In this document: positions 61,331 to 64,000 of the stretch, piece after piece
Layout of the letters: every line of letters begins with the position of its first letter
How positions within the stretch are numbered: position 1 is the first letter of the stretch
The notes under the pieces: generated by a model
What the model saw: the letters and a program-made list of their open reading frames with translations, nothing else
Told to the model about the DNA's origin: nothing
Databases searched by the model: none
Assembly: GCF_006345805.1 (NCBI RefSeq)
Contig: NC_042999.1
Location: 90,582,001-90,646,000 of the forward strand
Length of the DNA: 64,000 bases
Reading direction: 5' to 3'
DNA from: Octopus sinensis
Taxonomy: Eukaryota
Position numbers and translations under genes: made by a program

Positions 61331-62429
61331 CCTTGCACCATCATCTTTTATGTAAACCACCATACAAATTTTCAGATACACGCCAAGAAGTGCTTTATTG
61401 TATGGAACGTGTGGAGTGCGAAAAGGGGTAAAAAAAATTGTGACAATTCTGGCATTGAAAACCAAAGTAGAGGACTCTCAGAAGTTGTCAACGACAGTGT
61501 GCACCTTTAACAAATACCCCCTGCTAGCATTCTATAAAGGATCAAAGCTGCCAAAACTCCATTCGCCCTTTCCTTTTCATACGTTAAACATTTGGAACAT
61601 TTTAACTATAAACATTCGTCCGCACCCGCAGACAACGGGGGCATGAAAATATTTGCGTCTCCCTTCGTTAGGGGAGTTTTAAACCCTCGTTCTTTTTTAT
61701 CCCATGAATATCTTAAACAATCTTAATGACAAAAAAATATCAGCTTTCGTAGAAGAAGTCCAAACCCCCAGTTCATATAGATGATCCCGGGAAAAGAGGA
61801 ATATAATGAACTTGTGAAAACTGGTCGCTGGTCCGATTGGATGTGCAAATGCTGCTAGCCTCTGTATGCTTCATAAACCTCGATTAATGTCACCTGACGA
61901 CTGGAGATCAAATTAGATTTGTTGTGTAAGGTAGAAGGCTCAGGTGTTATTAAGCGCTGGGATCGAACACTAAAGGAATTACAACCCATAGGTGACTCAC
62001 ACAGAAGCAAAAACCCACAAAACGTCATTGCAACAACAGTGATAATAGCAACATAGAGATAACTTCTGCACCATCAGCATCACCAGCATCACCAGCATCA
62101 TCAGCATCAGCAACAACATCAACGTTAGCAGCAGCATCAGAAACAGCAATAGTCGCAACAATATTAGCTGTTGCATGAATATGAATTCTTATAAGAGCGA
62201 GGTGAGTAAAAAACTCAAATTACTGATTACGAAAGTTATTCCTCTAATGAGGTGTATGATTAGGTTTGAGGATACAATAAGCACTTCTATCAATATTTAA
62301 TTATCGAAATCAGCATTTCATTCCTCATTTTAATTACAAATAGCGACCGGGCAATTCATCCAACAAGTTTCGTCCGATTTCACGTTGGAGGCAATTTAAA
62401 TCAATTACATTGCTAATATTCTAAAGAAA

Positions 62430-62640
62430 GCATTAGAAATGTAATGTTCGTAGGTGAAGCTAATTACACTCGATCTACAAGAAGTTGCAGCCAAATCTCT
62501 CTAAATCACACGTTAGCTTAAAAAATATAAAAAGAAAAGAAAGGGACATCAGATAATGTATAATATGAATCATGGGTATTTACAAAAAGATAGACTAGTC
62601 ACAGCCGGAACGCTTTGACCATAAGTTTGCATGATTGGGG
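62430..62640 (+). repeat. Unclassified dispersed repeat (related fragments near 13990, 18230-18790, 19500-19920, 32520-32830, 35400-35600, 47420)
   Basis: Shared motifs GCAGCCAAATCT..C.AAATCACAC and TTTGA(T/C)CATA(A/G)G in either orientation. Confidence 0.5.
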
Positions 62641-63439
62641 ATAACCTAGTGGTAAAGAACAGTAAAATCAACCACACTGGATTGCTATAAGAGTCCCATA
62701 GATTCACATATAAATCTGTAGCCTTGTGCATGCTAGGTGTCAATAAGTAAATTATGTCTGGAGGTTTGATAACTCTTGAAATCAAAGGGTAAAAGAAAGT
62801 CGGTAGTATAGTTAGCATTGTAAAAATAACGAATAATGAGCCTTTGGATTAATTCCAACTACATAATTATTGCATAAAACGCAAGCAATTCTACGCCAGG
62901 AATTCTTTTAGTAGCAAATAGATTTTGTGTGAAAAATAGTTTATTTTCCCTCAAGAATAGTGAGAAGACAGTGCAAGTGAGAGATGTCAGTTGTATCGGT
63001 TGACCAATGTACGTATATGCTTGTGGTTATTAGAATAGATATCTCACTTCGTTTATGTTATATACACAGGAACAAAGACTGTTGTAATGGACATTATCGT
63101 TGACAGTAAATGGTTTATTTATTTCCTCCCTTCGTGTGATAATTGTAATCTGTCAAATAATATCCAATAGGAAATAGTTCTATATAATACAATGAATTTA
63201 TTCAATTCATGAACCAACGAAGGTGTCTCTGATCGCGCGTTCAACCTGATAGAAATCTCCTATCAAACAAAATCTCTTATCAAACTCTTCGGTTCTAACA
63301 ATGCAAATGACTCACTGAATATTATATAGGGTATCATACAGTTTGCATAAAAGGAAAAGAAAAAAACAATATCCCATCCAAAATTGAAAGTATTTAAAAA
63401 AATAAAAAATATCAACTAGACTATGTCTGGTAGATACCA

Positions 63440-63665
63440 ATTTCCTCAAAGTAGCCGTCCTCAGCTTCCATCACGGTCACAGGACAACTCTGGAACCTGG
63501 CGCATGTATTCCTTACCGTGTCTTTGGAAAGATCTTCGAACATTTCCTTTATCTTGTTAATCAGCTTGGCCTTGGTGTTGCAGGCAGAATGGTTAGTATC
63601 TTTCCCAAATGCGCCCAACACACAGTAATCAGGGTAATTAGGAGGCGAGAAGTTGGGGCTCGTGA
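63440..63665 (-). mobile_element. Tc1/mariner transposase C-terminal remnant (maT/DD37D-like)
   Basis: PNFSPPNYPDYCVLG...CNTKAKLINKIKEMF...VRNTCARF...EAEDGYFE resembles SPD.NPLDY.VW...C.RF...EA.GGYFE. Confidence 0.75.
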
Positions 63666-63723
63666 AGTCGTATGTATGTGTGTGCGTGTACATATATATG
63701 CAAACACAATATAACGCACATAT

Positions 63724-63763
<40 letters not shown>

Positions 63764-63899
63764 GCACACATTTTGAGTAAGTTGAGAATTCCAGGTACGA
63801 AAATTCCATTAATAAAGAAAGAACAAGAAATCAAATCTTCAAGAGTATAAAATATTATGGACATTTTAACACTCAGCAGACGATAAATATATCATTTGT

Positions 63900-64000
63900 A
63901 GGCGGCGAACTGGCAGAAACGTTAGCACGCCGGGCGAAATGCGTAGCCGTATTTCGTCTGCCGTTACGTTCTGACTTCAAATTTCGTCGAGGTCGACTTT
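63900..64000 (+). mobile_element. SINE family 2 head (runs off the window)
   Basis: GGCGGCGAACTGGCAGAAACGTTAGCACGCCGGGCGAAATG...ACTTCAAATTTCGTCGAGGTCGACTTT. Confidence 0.9.

Overview
AT-rich, microsatellite-dense eukaryotic DNA. The SINE families suggest an octopus/cephalopod genome (inference from recalled repeat families, not a search). I could not identify any host protein-coding exon, rRNA, true tRNA gene or CRISPR array. The window reads as intronic or intergenic DNA made of stacked transposable-element remnants. Non-LTR remnants are an RTE 3' end, several R4/Dong-type RLE elements, a CRE-type 3' end, two CR1-group elements with long RT ORFs and L1/Tx1-type ORF1/APE pieces. There are also three Penelope-like (PLE) remnants, a Gypsy RNase H fragment, Tc1/mariner deletion derivatives, a Merlin-like MITE, non-autonomous Helitrons and two abundant tRNA-derived SINE families. 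The strongest signals are: (1) seven minimal type-I hammerhead-like motifs from at least four different PLE-type terminal-repeat families, including one with a long insertion in stem II; (2) a PLE with inverted terminal repeats in which one hammerhead core is replaced by (TTAGGG)n; (3) a SINE and a CR1-group LINE that share a 3' tail with a covarying hairpin; (4) a polarised 62-bp double-hairpin array in the RTE 3' UTR; (5) SINE multimers with the same junction at two loci. All alignments and folds were done by eye, and element boundaries are approximate unless TIR/TSD positions are given.
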